From NCBI GenBank assembly GCA_964570075.1, contig CAZMWF010000122.1:1-52507 (forward strand): DNA of 52,507 nucleotides. The letters are read 5' to 3'. Shown here piece after piece: positions 27,064 through 37,400 of the stretch (position 1 is the stretch's first letter; every line of letters begins with the position of its first letter). A program made the position numbers and the translations under genes. The stretch is from an uncultured Syntrophaceae bacterium. Its GTDB lineage: Bacteria > Desulfobacterota > BSN033 > UBA1163. A model generated the notes under the pieces. The model saw only the letters and a program-made list of their open reading frames with translations. It ran no database searches and was not told the DNA's origin.

Positions 27064-27969
27064 TCATCCCCAGCGCCAGAGGGCGATAACGAAAGTGATG
27101 AGGAAGACCAGAATAAGATTCATATAGGCCATGAAGTAGAAGACTTTTTCAGGAGAGGCGGCACTCGGGGATTCTTTCTCTAATATCAACTCCCCTACCA
27201 GAGGTAAAGAAAGGATCTTTTCTTCACCATGGGGTGCAGTTTGAAGAAGATCCGTTAAGTCACTTCCTGCTGGATGTTTCCTCATATGAGTCCCTTCTTT
27301 CCAGAGTGGACTCGCCGTTGCGTCATAAATCTTTCCCTTATAGGCAAAATAGGCAGGTCTTCCCTCCTTTCCATCGAAGAAGGTTAATCCCTTAAGAGAA
27401 AATCTTCCCTCCTCTGAATAAGGAGAAGTGGCCTTTTGCCTTTTCATTTTGGGGCCAAGGATAAAAGTCACAATTCCGGCCGAAGTGACCATGATAGCAA
27501 AAAGGATGATTTTTAGACTCAGGAGGATTCCAAATCGGGTTGTGTAGAAAGTAGACCAACTGGGGATTCGGGAGAGGGTTAAGAGGACTCCGCTAATGGA
27601 GAGCACGAGGATGGCGGTCCATCCGAGGATGAGTTCTCCTTTGGGCAATCCCTTCGCCGCATAGGCCGGTTTCAACAGGAGATGGACATAGAGGATCGTT
27701 CCAAACCAGGTGATGGCCATGAGAAGATGGAGGTAACCTATCATAAGACGGACGACTTTCTGGAAGGGTTTCAGAGGACGGTGTAACCCTTTAGCCTTCA
27801 ATTCCTCCCGGAAGGATTCTCCCTCTCTTGTCAGTTTCCCTCCTGTGCCTTCGAGATGACATCGAAGACACTCCGCTCCTGTTTGTTCCGCATATTCAGG
27901 GGTCGCCCTGGAGAGTTGAGGGAAGAGGAGAAGAAGCAGAGTGACTATGATTATAGCGTTTCTCATCAT
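27064..27969 (-). CDS. Fusion protein: monohaem cytochrome c, CopD-like 4-TM domain and cytochrome b5-like/haem-steroid-binding domain
   Basis: Signal peptide, CLRCH, four TM helices, then GRPAYFAYKGKIYDATASPLWKEGTHMRKHPAGSDLT (a COG4892-like b5 fold), then a final TM helix. Confidence 0.6.
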   Translation of the reverse strand: MMRNAIIIVTLLLLLFPQLSRATPEYAEQTGAECLRCHLEGTGGKLTREGESFREELKAKGLHRPLKPFQKVVRLMIGYLHLLMAITWFGTILYVHLLLKPAYAAKGLPKGELILGWTAILVLSISGVLLTLSRIPSWSTFYTTRFGILLSLKIILFAIMVTSAGIVTFILGPKMKRQKATSPYSEEGRFSLKGLTFFDGKEGRPAYFAYKGKIYDATASPLWKEGTHMRKHPAGSDLTDLLQTAPHGEEKILSLPLVGELILEKESPSAASPEKVFYFMAYMNLILVFLITFVIALWRWG

Positions 27970-27974
27970 CCCAT

Positions 27975-29066
27975 TTAGACCCCAAAGGAGATTCCAACCG
28001 AACGAGCCACTTTAATGAGAGGATGATTCAGAGGAACTCTCCTTGGTCCTCTGGCTACTTCTTTCAAGGGGACATCGATCAGTGATTCTCCTTTCACCCC
28101 AACCATATAGCCAAACTTTTTCTCCCTTACCATTTCCATTGCTCTTACACCCAGTCGTGTGGCCAAGACTCGGTCAAAGGCGGTAGGAGTACCTCCCCGG
28201 AGGAGATGTCCCATGACCACTGTTCTTGTCTCAAGACCAGTGAGCTCCTCGATCTGACGACCCAGGACAAACCCAATTCCCCCAAGTCGAATAGGATCTG
28301 AGCTTTCCTTGACAATCCTCTGAATGACGACCTCCCCCCCTTTGGGTTTTGCCCCTTCTGCTACGACAAGGATACTGAACCTCTTTCCTCTTTTATTTCT
28401 TTCTTTTACCTTATCACTGACGATATCCACCTCGTAAGGAATTTCAGGAATAAGAAGAATGTCCCCCCCTCCAGCAACCCCTGAATAGAGGGCGACCCAT
28501 CCGGATCGATGTCCCATGACCTCCACAATCATCACCCGGTGGTGGGATTGGGCAGTCGTATGAATCCGATCGATTCCTTCTGTAGCGATGGAGAGGGCAG
28601 AGTCGAATCCAAAGGTGATCTCGGTTCCCCTGAGATCGTTATCGATCGTTTTAGGGACTCCAATCACTGGAATTCCGTCCTTAAAAAGTTGATGGGCAAT
28701 GCCCAGAGTCCCGTCTCCTCCTATACAGATCAGAGCATTTATCTCAAGATCTTTCAGATTCTTTATGGCCACCCTGGAGAGGTCTTTAAACTCCAGTTCG
28801 CCGTCTTTCTTAACAGGATATCGATAGGGATTGGCTATCTTGGACGTTCCCAGTATCGTTCCTCCCTGGGTGAGAATTCCCGAGACATCATCGTACTGTA
28901 GAATCCGATACCGATTTTCCACCATTCCGTGATACCCATCCTCAATCCCTATGACCTCAGCCTCTTCCTCAAGAATCGCTTTTTTGGCCACAGCCCGAAT
29001 CACGGCATTGATGCCCGGGCAATCTCCTCCTCCCGTAAGAATCGCAATCCTCTTCCTTTTTCTCAT
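27975..29066 (-). CDS. pfkA: 6-phosphofructokinase
   Basis: GGGDCPGINAVIR, IGGDGTLG and PKTIDND motifs. Confidence 0.9.
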   Translation of the reverse strand: MRKRKRIAILTGGGDCPGINAVIRAVAKKAILEEEAEVIGIEDGYHGMVENRYRILQYDDVSGILTQGGTILGTSKIANPYRYPVKKDGELEFKDLSRVAIKNLKDLEINALICIGGDGTLGIAHQLFKDGIPVIGVPKTIDNDLRGTEITFGFDSALSIATEGIDRIHTTAQSHHRVMIVEVMGHRSGWVALYSGVAGGGDILLIPEIPYEVDIVSDKVKERNKRGKRFSILVVAEGAKPKGGEVVIQRIVKESSDPIRLGGIGFVLGRQIEELTGLETRTVVMGHLLRGGTPTAFDRVLATRLGVRAMEMVREKKFGYMVGVKGESLIDVPLKEVARGPRRVPLNHPLIKVARSVGISFGV

Positions 29067-29073
29067 TGGTTCC

Positions 29074-29631
29074 TCACTCCACGGTAAGATATTTTTTAAT
29101 GGATTGGAATTTCGCTTCGCCGATCCCCTTTACCTCTTTGAGTTCTTCCACCGATCGGAATCCTCTCCGTTTTTGTCGGTAGGCGATGATTTCCTGAGAT
29201 AAGGATTCCCCTATTCCTGGGATGAGTGAAAGGTCTTCAGGTGAAACCCGATTGAGGTCCAGGGGAAGGGAGAAGACCAAAAGTTTATAAGCCTCCATCC
29301 TTCCTATATTGATGGTGATTTCATCGGGCGATCTTTTTTTAATCGTAATTCGAGTTCCTGAGGGTAAGGTCTCAGAGGAAAGTTCCTCAGCGAAGCGAAT
29401 GGATTCTTTAAATCCTCCCGCCTTTTGGACGAGCTCTCTCAGAGTGGGTGGATGGTGAAACAGGTAGATGCCGGGGCGATGAATCTCCCCCTCAATTTCG
29501 ACCGCGATCTCTTGGATCTTCTGTTCGGGAGGGAGGAAAGGAGGATGAAAGAATTTGAAATAAAGAAGGAGCAGGATCAAAAAGGATAAACCCCAAAGGA
29601 TCCACTGCTGACTCAGAGAAAAGGATCTCAA
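29074..29631 (-). CDS. comEA: ComEA-family DNA-binding protein (SLBB domain plus helix-hairpin-helix)
   Basis: N-terminal TM helix, with C-terminal HhH motifs LIPGIGESLSQEI and VKGIGEAKF. Confidence 0.8.
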   Translation of the reverse strand: MRSFSLSQQWILWGLSFLILLLLYFKFFHPPFLPPEQKIQEIAVEIEGEIHRPGIYLFHHPPTLRELVQKAGGFKESIRFAEELSSETLPSGTRITIKKRSPDEITINIGRMEAYKLLVFSLPLDLNRVSPEDLSLIPGIGESLSQEIIAYRQKRRGFRSVEELKEVKGIGEAKFQSIKKYLTVE

Positions 29632-29632
29632 T

Positions 29633-31210
29633 TTAGCGCTCTTCTTCTTTCAAGAGTTTATAGTCGATGGAGTCCACCAGGGCTTGCCAGCTTGCTTCGA
29701 TGATATTTTCGGAGACCCCCACCGTTCCCCAAACCGAGGTCCCATCTCCAGATTCGATCAATACCCTGGTTCGGGCTGCTGTTCCCTCCTTGGAAGAAAG
29801 AATCCTCACCTTATAATCGAGAAGTTTAACGGAACGAAGCTCGGGATAGAATTTCTCCAGGGCCTTTCGAATCGCGTGGTCCAAGGCGTTGACGGGTCCA
29901 TTTCCTACGGCGGCGGTATGTTCAATCCGGTCTCCCACTCGGACCATAATCGTCGCTTCAGAGAAGGGGGGTGCCCCTTCTTCCCTCTTTTCGACAATCA
30001 CTCGAAATCCTAAGAGTTCAAAAAATTTCTTATGTTGCCCTAAAGCCTTCTTCATAAGGATTTCAAAAGAACCTTCGGCTGCCTCAAATTGAAACCCTTC
30101 GTGCTCCAGCCTTTTCAGATGGTCCAGAATCCTTCTGACCCTCGGCTCCTTGCTTTCCAGATCGATTCCGAATTCCACAGCCTTGTAAAGAATATTGGAC
30201 TCCCCCGAAAGGTCGGAAATCAGGACCCTCTGCCTGTTACCTACCTTTTCGGGAGGGATATGTTCGTAGGTGCTTGCATTCTTGCGAATGGCACTGACAT
30301 GAATCCCTCCTTTATGGGCAAAGGCACTTTCCCCCACATAGGGAAGGTTTTTGGGATGGGGGAGGTTGGCTAACTCCGATATAAAACGAGACACTTCGGT
30401 GATTTTTCTAAGCTGTTCGTCAGTGATGCAGTGGATTCCCATCTTCAATTTTAAGTTAGGGAGGATGGAGCATAGGTTGGCATTCCCGCACCTTTCCCCA
30501 TAGCCATTCATCGTTCCCTGGATGAGAGAGATTCCCTCCCGAACGGAAAGGATGGTGTTGGCCACAGCCATTTCTGTATCGTTATGGACGTGAATGCCTA
30601 AAGGAGTGTGGATCTTTTTTTTCACTTCTTGGACGATAGGAAGAAGCTCATAAGGGAGGGTTCCTCCATTGGTATCGCAGAGGACAATCCAGTCCGCCCC
30701 TGCATGCTCTGCGGTACGCAGGGTTTTTAAGGCATAGAGAGGATTGTTTTTGAACCCGTCAAAAAAATGCTCCGCATCGAAGAGAACCTCGGGCACCCAT
30801 TTTTTTAGAAATCGAATGGATTGGTCAATCATTTCGAGATTGGCTTCCAGAGGGATCTGGAGGGCCTCCAAAACATGTTTGTCCCAGGCCTTTCCAAAAA
30901 TGGTCACCGCCTGGGTCCGAGCTTCAAGAAGGCTTTGAAGGTTTGGATCCTCCTCCGGCGGGACTCCTGGCCGGGAGGTGCTTCCGAAAGCGACGATTCG
31001 AGCCTGCTGGAGCGGAATGGATTTAATTTCCTGGAAGAATTGAAGGTCTTTCGGGTTGGATCCCGGCCAACCCCCTTCGATGTAGTGGATCCCTAACTCA
31101 TCCAGTTTTTGGGCAATTCGGATCTTATCTTCGACCGTGAAGGCAATGTCTTCCCCCTGAGACCCATCGCGAAGGGTGGTATCATAAATTTTAAGGTCAT
31201 CCCTCTTCAT
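29633..31210 (-). CDS. cimA: Citramalate synthase / LeuA-family HMGL-like enzyme
   Basis: 525 aa with [12 protein letters not shown]. Its length and C-terminal regulatory domain are typical of CimA-type enzymes. Confidence 0.8.
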   Translation of the reverse strand: MKRDDLKIYDTTLRDGSQGEDIAFTVEDKIRIAQKLDELGIHYIEGGWPGSNPKDLQFFQEIKSIPLQQARIVAFGSTSRPGVPPEEDPNLQSLLEARTQAVTIFGKAWDKHVLEALQIPLEANLEMIDQSIRFLKKWVPEVLFDAEHFFDGFKNNPLYALKTLRTAEHAGADWIVLCDTNGGTLPYELLPIVQEVKKKIHTPLGIHVHNDTEMAVANTILSVREGISLIQGTMNGYGERCGNANLCSILPNLKLKMGIHCITDEQLRKITEVSRFISELANLPHPKNLPYVGESAFAHKGGIHVSAIRKNASTYEHIPPEKVGNRQRVLISDLSGESNILYKAVEFGIDLESKEPRVRRILDHLKRLEHEGFQFEAAEGSFEILMKKALGQHKKFFELLGFRVIVEKREEGAPPFSEATIMVRVGDRIEHTAAVGNGPVNALDHAIRKALEKFYPELRSVKLLDYKVRILSSKEGTAARTRVLIESGDGTSVWGTVGVSENIIEASWQALVDSIDYKLLKEEER

Positions 31211-32445
31211 TTTTCTTCTGTGATGGCCGGTTTGTCGAGTTCAAAGGCATCGTGGAGGGCTCGAACAGCCAATTCCGTATATTTAGAGTCAATGATACAG
31301 GAGATCTTAATCTCCGAGGTAGAAATCATCTGAATGTTGATTCCCTCTTTGGCTAAGGCAGAGAACATCTGAGAGGCCACATTGGAGTGACTTCTCATCC
31401 CGACCCCTACGATAGAGACCTTGGCAATATTTTCGTCCGAGAGAACCTCTTTTCCGCCGATCTCTTTGACCGTTTCTTTTACAATCTGGAGAGCCTTTGG
31501 AAAATCAGGTTTGGGGACGGTGAAGGCCACATCGGCATATCCTTTATCCGTGCTCGAAGTCTGGATGATCATATCGACGACGATATTCGCCTCTGCAATA
31601 GGCTTAAATAATTTAGCCGCTATGCCTGGGATATCGGGAACTCGCATCACCTCAATCTTTGCCTCGTTTTTATTATAAGTAACCCCTGAGACGACTACCC
31701 TTTCCATTTCTTCTTCCTCCTTACAAACAATCGTTCCTGGATTCTCATTGAAGGATGATCGGACATGAATAGGCACATTATATTTTTTGGCAAACTCCAC
31801 CGAACGGATTTGAAGGACTTTTGCTCCAAGACTGGCCATCTCGAGCATTTCGTCATAGGAGATCTTCGAGAGTTTTCTTGCCTTCGGATAGATATTGGGA
31901 TCGGTCGTGTAGATCCCATCCACATCCGTGTAGATTTCACATATATCGGCTTTTAACGCGGCCGCAATAGCGACCGCTGTGGTATCGGAACCCCCTCGCC
32001 CTAAGGTCGTAATATTGCCCTCTTCATCCACCCCCTGGAACCCAGCGACCACCACCACTCGTCCTTCTTTTAAATCTTCAAAAATCTTTTCGGATTCGAT
32101 TCCGGTGATCCGAGCCTTTCCGAAGGCGCTGTCCGTGGCAATCTTTATTTGAAAACCCAGATAGGATTTTGCATCACATCCCATCGATTTAAGCGTGATG
32201 GCGAGCAAGGCCACGGAGACCTGCTCGCCTGTCGAGATGAGGACATCCAATTCCCTCTCATCCGGGGTCGGGGTGACTTCTTGAGCCATGCGGATAAGCT
32301 TATCCGTCTCTCCAGCCATTGCGGAGACGACCACCACGACCTGATTCCCCTCGTTTTTAGTGCGGATGACCCGTTGAGCGACATGTTTAATTCGTTGAAT
32401 ATCGCCTACCGATGTCCCCCCATATTTTTGAACAATCAATGCCAT
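31207..32445 (-). CDS. lysC: Aspartate kinase
   Basis: VQKYGGTSV and GRGGSDTTA motifs, with C-terminal ACT domains. It has a 4-nt overlap with cimA. Confidence 0.95.
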   Translation of the reverse strand: MALIVQKYGGTSVGDIQRIKHVAQRVIRTKNEGNQVVVVVSAMAGETDKLIRMAQEVTPTPDERELDVLISTGEQVSVALLAITLKSMGCDAKSYLGFQIKIATDSAFGKARITGIESEKIFEDLKEGRVVVVAGFQGVDEEGNITTLGRGGSDTTAVAIAAALKADICEIYTDVDGIYTTDPNIYPKARKLSKISYDEMLEMASLGAKVLQIRSVEFAKKYNVPIHVRSSFNENPGTIVCKEEEEMERVVVSGVTYNKNEAKIEVMRVPDIPGIAAKLFKPIAEANIVVDMIIQTSSTDKGYADVAFTVPKPDFPKALQIVKETVKEIGGKEVLSDENIAKVSIVGVGMRSHSNVASQMFSALAKEGINIQMISTSEIKISCIIDSKYTELAVRALHDAFELDKPAITEEK

Positions 32446-32949
32446 TTAGGACCCCCCTTTCGGAAGTGACTCCAAACCCACAAACCTGAGCTCTGACCTC
32501 AATGTGTTCAAAAGTTCTTCGTACCTTTCTCCTTTGGCTACCAGTTCAATCGATCGAGTTTGTTTCCCAGTATAATAAAGAGAGATCGATAAGAGTTCAA
32601 CGGGAAGCAGGGATGGAATTTTATCTGCCCATTCAATGGCGGTAACTCCTTTTCCCTGGAAATACTCTTCCAATCCTAACCCTTCCGCTTCCCTTTCATC
32701 CTTGATTCGATAAAGATCGATATGATAAAAGGGAATCTTTCCGATGTATTCGTTCACCAAAACGAAAGAAGGGCTGGTAAGATAGGACGCCCTTTTCACT
32801 CCCACTCCTGAGGCTAACCCCTTGATCAGTTGGGTTTTCCCTGTTCCTAATTCTCCAACCAGAGCGATGACATCCCCCTCCTGAAGTCGCTTTCCTATCC
32901 TCTTTCCCAAACGAGTGGTTTCAGATGGACTCCTCGAGTGAAGCAACAA
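32446..32949 (-). CDS. tsaE: tRNA t6A biosynthesis ATPase TsaE
   Basis: 167 aa with the GELGTGKT P-loop and HIDLYR motif. Confidence 0.85.
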   Translation of the reverse strand: MLLHSRSPSETTRLGKRIGKRLQEGDVIALVGELGTGKTQLIKGLASGVGVKRASYLTSPSFVLVNEYIGKIPFYHIDLYRIKDEREAEGLGLEEYFQGKGVTAIEWADKIPSLLPVELLSISLYYTGKQTRSIELVAKGERYEELLNTLRSELRFVGLESLPKGGS

Positions 32950-33043
32950 ATCTCCAATCCCTCAGCCTTCTCCCCTTCCTCCCGTGGATAGGCTTGCCAG
33001 ATATCGGCTCTTTCATTAGAGCGAAGAGGTTTTCGTTTTTTAT

Positions 33044-33517
33044 TCAGGCCTTATATTTAAAGTCATCTGGATTGAGGTTTTCGAGCCATTCCTTGAGTTG
33101 ATCCTCTTCTTTCTCCATATCAATGGTTCGTGCTTTTTCAATGACCTGCTCTGAGACGAAGATGGGTGCATCGACGGCCAGGGCGATCGCAATGGCATCG
33201 CTGGGACGCGAGTCGATGATGATTTCTTCCCCTCTTCGATTGAGATAGATGAGGGCATAGTAGGTATTCTCCTTGAGATCGTTGACCACCACCTTCATCA
33301 CCTGAGAGTCCAGTTGTCTGAGAATGCTGTGGATAAGATCGTGAGTCATTGGACGCTGAGAATCAATCTTTTTCAGTTTCATGGCAATCGCATTGGCTTC
33401 AAAAGGTCCGATCCAGATGGGGAGCCCCGTTTTATTAGCCAGATCCATCAGGAGAACCACAAATCCATTCGTCGTGGAGTCGAAGGTTAAAAATTTAACT
33501 TTCATTTCGATTAACAT
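33044..33517 (-). CDS. Bifunctional nuclease (BFN/DUF151) family protein
   Basis: LPIWIGPFEANAI, RPMTHDL and DSRPSDAIAIAL motifs. Confidence 0.8.
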   Translation of the reverse strand: MLIEMKVKFLTFDSTTNGFVVLLMDLANKTGLPIWIGPFEANAIAMKLKKIDSQRPMTHDLIHSILRQLDSQVMKVVVNDLKENTYYALIYLNRRGEEIIIDSRPSDAIAIALAVDAPIFVSEQVIEKARTIDMEKEEDQLKEWLENLNPDDFKYKA

Positions 33518-33535
33518 CCGTCTACTCCTTTCCTT

Positions 33536-34681
33536 TTAACGGAATCGCAAGGAAGCCCCGACTCCCTCGAATTCCTTTAAAATGGGATCCTCGTCAACCC
33601 ATTTGACCTCTCCGTCTTGACGAAGAACCGACCGCATCATTTCTTCTTCCAGAGGAACGACCTTTAAATTCCCTTTACATAAAGGACAGAGAGGAGAGAT
33701 CTGAGCTCCCTCTGGAATGATGGTTAAGATTCCACACCTCTGACATTTTCCACCCTTTAAGGTGAAGGAGTTCAGAAGAAAGAGGGTTTGGATCTGACCC
33801 TGATTCAAGGCCTCCAGGGTTGGACTCAGCCCAAAGGTAGCGAGACCTCCATAAGGAGTCCTTTCTTTGAGCTCCCGAATCTGTTGAGAAATCTCTTCTT
33901 TTTCTTTTTGGAGAAGGCGATCGAAAATCTTTCTTAAGAGTTTGGATCGATCCTCTGTCAGCTCCGCTGAGAAGATATCCGCGATATGGTGTTTCACTCG
34001 TTCTGGAAGGAAATGTTTGAAGTTTGCAAGAATTCGATCCTGACCGATCAGAACGACTCTTTTCCAATTTCCTGAATCGAAAAGGCTTGTCAACTGCTCG
34101 GCTACCTCTTTATGGTGTTTATCCATATGGTCTTTGATGTGACGTTGGAACCTCATCTGGGACCATCCCCCCTGATCATGACGCCCCGGGACATAGCTTT
34201 CGATGGAGAATTCCGTAACCAATCCCTCGAGGGAGATTTCGAAGAGTCTCGCCGATTCGGTATTGACCATGACTGCCAGTGTTTTTTGATATTGCGAAAA
34301 AAGGCGGACCAGGGGTTTGAGGGCAGGGAGATGGTCTAAAATAAATTCATTTTCATAAGGAATGATGGAGGGGTAGGTCAGGAAGGTTTGGGTTCCACTG
34401 CAGGAAAAGAGGGCAACCCCGTTGATTCCCTCATCCATGGTCTGGCGAATCAACCCCTCTACATATCTCTCAATTCGTTTCTGATCTTCCAGATAATATC
34501 GGAGGAGATCTTCTTTCCCTTTCAGTTGTTCCGCCCCTTTTTTTAATTGATTTTTAAGGAAAAGTCTGATTCGTTCGCGTTGTTGCTCATCCTCCCATTT
34601 TGTATTGAGGTAGAGAGAACAGAAGGGATAAGGCCCTTCTTCTATTCGAGCAAGCCTTTTGAGTTCTTTAGACATCTCCAT
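33536..34681 (-). CDS. Bacterial eRF1-like (baeRF-type) protein with a C-terminal zinc ribbon
   Basis: HDQGGWSQMRFQRH resembles the eRF1 M-domain GGQSxxRFxR loop. The C-terminal region carries CQRCG...CPLCKG. Confidence 0.6.
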   Translation of the reverse strand: MEMSKELKRLARIEEGPYPFCSLYLNTKWEDEQQRERIRLFLKNQLKKGAEQLKGKEDLLRYYLEDQKRIERYVEGLIRQTMDEGINGVALFSCSGTQTFLTYPSIIPYENEFILDHLPALKPLVRLFSQYQKTLAVMVNTESARLFEISLEGLVTEFSIESYVPGRHDQGGWSQMRFQRHIKDHMDKHHKEVAEQLTSLFDSGNWKRVVLIGQDRILANFKHFLPERVKHHIADIFSAELTEDRSKLLRKIFDRLLQKEKEEISQQIRELKERTPYGGLATFGLSPTLEALNQGQIQTLFLLNSFTLKGGKCQRCGILTIIPEGAQISPLCPLCKGNLKVVPLEEEMMRSVLRQDGEVKWVDEDPILKEFEGVGASLRFR

Positions 34682-34692
34682 AAAAACCCCTC

Positions 34693-36243
34693 TTAAATCC
34701 CCTCCTGGAGAAGGGAAGGGATCTTCTTGATAAGATCGGTGGCCACCAGAGACTTCTCCCCGAGTTCCCGGGCCACCTCATCTCCTGCTAACCCATGAAG
34801 GTAGACAGCCGCTTGAAGAGAAAGAAGAGGGTCAAAACCTTGGCAGATAAGGCCTCCGATCATCCCGCTAAGCACATCTCCTGTCCCTCCTGAGGCTAAC
34901 CCCGGGTTTCCGGTAGGATTGATATAGACTTCCCCATTGGGGGTTGCGATGAGCGTTCGAAATCCCTTGAGGACTAAGTAGACGCGATGGGAGGTCGAAA
35001 AGGTTCGACTTACTCCTATCCGATTTTCTTGGACTTCCTTAGAAGTGGAGTGAATCAGTCGAGCCATCTCTCCAGGATGGGGTGTAAAGATGATCAATGG
35101 GCTATTCAGGGGAGGAAGTTTGGCCTGGGTCGCCAAGGCATTCAATCCATCCGCATCCAGGATGATGGGGAGATGGAGCGTCTTTATTAATTTCACAATT
35201 AGGGTTTGAGTTTCTGGGTGGGTTCCGATCCCAGGCCCAATGAGAACGGCCTTTTTATTTTCACAGAGTCGAAGAAGAGGGGAGTAGGCTTTAAGACTTA
35301 ACGTCTGTTTCTGGGTTTCGGGGAGGGGTTCGGTCATCACTTCTGTTAATTTCATCTCCATAATTGGGTTCAGACTCTTCGGGATGGCTAAGGTAACCAG
35401 TCCTGCTCCCATCCTGAGGGCGGCTTCGCAAGCCATTGCCGCAGCACCGGTCTTTCCCACGGAACCGGCGATCACCAGGAGATGTCCATAGTCCCCTTTA
35501 TGGGTATCCAACCGTCTGGGGACCGAGAGTCCTTTTTTGATCTCCTCTTTCTCAATGAGGTAGGTTTGAATCTGCTCCTCTTCGATCAGACGTTTGGGGA
35601 AACCGATATCAATCACCTTTAACGTTCCTACATATTCGACCCCAGGGGAGATGAGAAGACCGATTTTAGGAAGACCGAAGGTAAGGGTAAGGGTGGCACG
35701 AACAGAAACCCCCAGAGGCTTTCCTGTGTCCGCACTCAATCCCGAAGGGATATCTACGGCCACAATGGGTTTGTGAAGGGTATTCAGATGCTCAATCACT
35801 TCACGATAGTAACCCCTGACCTCCGCATCGAGACCTGTGCCAAAAATGGCGTCAATAATGAGGTCCGCCTTTTCGATCTCTTTCTTTACCTTCTGATATT
35901 CCTTGGAAGAGGGAACTGAAATGACCTCTCCTTTCATCCGATGGAAGATAGAGTAATTGATTTCTGCATCCCCTCGTAATGCCTTGGGTTCGGTGAGGAG
36001 GAAGACCCTGACAGAAACTCCCCGGTTCATCAGGTATCGAGCAATGACCAATCCATCTCCTCCATTGTTCCCTTTTCCTGAAATAATGGCCACCCTTTTT
36101 TTCTCAATCCCAGGAAAGGTCTTGAGAATCTCTTCTGTGGCGCCCCTTCCTGCATTCTCCATCAGGACGATTCCCGGAATTCGATAGAGCTCGATGGCCT
36201 TTCGGTCCAACTCTTGCATTTGTTCAGCCGTCGTCACCTTCAT
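34693..36243 (-). CDS. nnr: Bifunctional NAD(P)H-hydrate repair enzyme (epimerase/dehydratase)
   Basis: An N-terminal YjeF_N domain (GKGNNGGDG) and a C-terminal kinase-fold dehydratase (GGTGDVLSG). Confidence 0.9.
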   Translation of the reverse strand: MKVTTAEQMQELDRKAIELYRIPGIVLMENAGRGATEEILKTFPGIEKKRVAIISGKGNNGGDGLVIARYLMNRGVSVRVFLLTEPKALRGDAEINYSIFHRMKGEVISVPSSKEYQKVKKEIEKADLIIDAIFGTGLDAEVRGYYREVIEHLNTLHKPIVAVDIPSGLSADTGKPLGVSVRATLTLTFGLPKIGLLISPGVEYVGTLKVIDIGFPKRLIEEEQIQTYLIEKEEIKKGLSVPRRLDTHKGDYGHLLVIAGSVGKTGAAAMACEAALRMGAGLVTLAIPKSLNPIMEMKLTEVMTEPLPETQKQTLSLKAYSPLLRLCENKKAVLIGPGIGTHPETQTLIVKLIKTLHLPIILDADGLNALATQAKLPPLNSPLIIFTPHPGEMARLIHSTSKEVQENRIGVSRTFSTSHRVYLVLKGFRTLIATPNGEVYINPTGNPGLASGGTGDVLSGMIGGLICQGFDPLLSLQAAVYLHGLAGDEVARELGEKSLVATDLIKKIPSLLQEGI

Positions 36244-36623
36244 CCGTTCCCCTCTAATAGGACATGAGCCACGGCATAGGGATAGTCGTGGGAAAGAGTG
36301 AGAAACGTTCTTTCTACCCTATAGGTAAGGAGGATCTCCTTTGCCTTTCGATGCAGGGAGAGAAAAGGTTTCCCCATTGGGTCATTTTCCACCTCTATAT
36401 CTCTCCAGCGAATTCCATTTCGTAGCCCTAATCCCAGGGCCTTCAAAAAGGCCTCCTTGGCCGCGAATCTTATGGCAAAGCATTCAGAAGGGTGATGCTT
36501 CTGCTGACACCAAGAGATCTCTTTCTCTGTATAGACACGGTTGAGGAAAAGGGTTCCCCACCGGGACAGAACCCGTTCCATTCTCTCGATATTGACAATA
36601 TCAATCCCGCTGCCTACGATCAT
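36240..36623 (-). CDS. acpS: Holo-ACP synthase
   Basis: 127 aa with GIDIVNIERM and FAAKEAFLKA. It has a 4-nt overlap with nnr. Confidence 0.9.
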   Translation of the reverse strand: MIVGSGIDIVNIERMERVLSRWGTLFLNRVYTEKEISWCQQKHHPSECFAIRFAAKEAFLKALGLGLRNGIRWRDIEVENDPMGKPFLSLHRKAKEILLTYRVERTFLTLSHDYPYAVAHVLLEGNG

Positions 36624-36664
36624 CCGTAGTGGAGTCAGGGTTCGGAGGCTTGGCTCCGACCGGG

Positions 36665-37384
36665 TTATGTTGTTCGAACGAGAGCGATCATCTCCCTTAC
36701 CGCTTGGTCCAAACCCACCAGGACCGCCCGAGCGATGATGCTGTGGCCAATGTTTAATTCTTCGATCTCCTTGATCTCAGCGATTCGCTTCACGTTGACA
36801 TAATTAAGACCATGGCCTGCGGCGATCTGGAGATTTCGGTGGGAGGCTTCAGCGACGGCATCAAGAATTCTCTTTAACTCTTCATCCTGGAGGGCGTGGG
36901 TTCGGGCATTACAATAATGACCGGTGTGAATTTCTATGGCATTCGCTCCCACCTCTTCCGCAGCCCTGATCTGGTCCTTATTTGGATCGACAAAAAGGCT
37001 GACGGAAATCCCTCCCCGTTGAAGCCGTTGGATTGATTTTTTAAGGGCTCGATGGTTTTTTAAGACATCCAGCCCTCCTTCGGTAGTTAACTCTTCCCTT
37101 CTTTCAGGGACGAGCGTGACGATGTCCGGTTTGGTATTGAGAGCGATACGGATCATTTCTTCCGTAGCCGCCATCTCTAAGTTCAACTGGGTTTGAACCG
37201 TTTCTCTGAGGAGACGGAGATCCCGATCTTGAATGTGACGGCGGTCTTCCCTTAGGTGGCAGACAATCCCATCTGCACCAGCCAGCTCGACGATCACCGC
37301 AGCGGCAACAGGATCAGGGTATTGAACTCCCCGCGCCTGTCTGACGGTGGCGACATGATCGATATTGACCCCTAATCTTGCCAT
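36665..37384 (-). CDS. pdxJ: Pyridoxine 5'-phosphate synthase
   Basis: [24 protein letters not shown] and IEIHTG motifs. Confidence 0.95.
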   Translation of the reverse strand: MARLGVNIDHVATVRQARGVQYPDPVAAAVIVELAGADGIVCHLREDRRHIQDRDLRLLRETVQTQLNLEMAATEEMIRIALNTKPDIVTLVPERREELTTEGGLDVLKNHRALKKSIQRLQRGGISVSLFVDPNKDQIRAAEEVGANAIEIHTGHYCNARTHALQDEELKRILDAVAEASHRNLQIAAGHGLNYVNVKRIAEIKEIEELNIGHSIIARAVLVGLDQAVREMIALVRTT

Positions 37385-37400
37385 AATCCCTCCCTATCCA

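Noticed and set aside
33044-34681. The BFN nuclease and eRF1-like pair as an anti-phage defence module
   Set aside because: There are no neighbouring defence genes, mobile-element hallmarks or compositional anomaly. It is embedded in a co-directional housekeeping operon string. I kept it only as a candidate translation quality-control pair.
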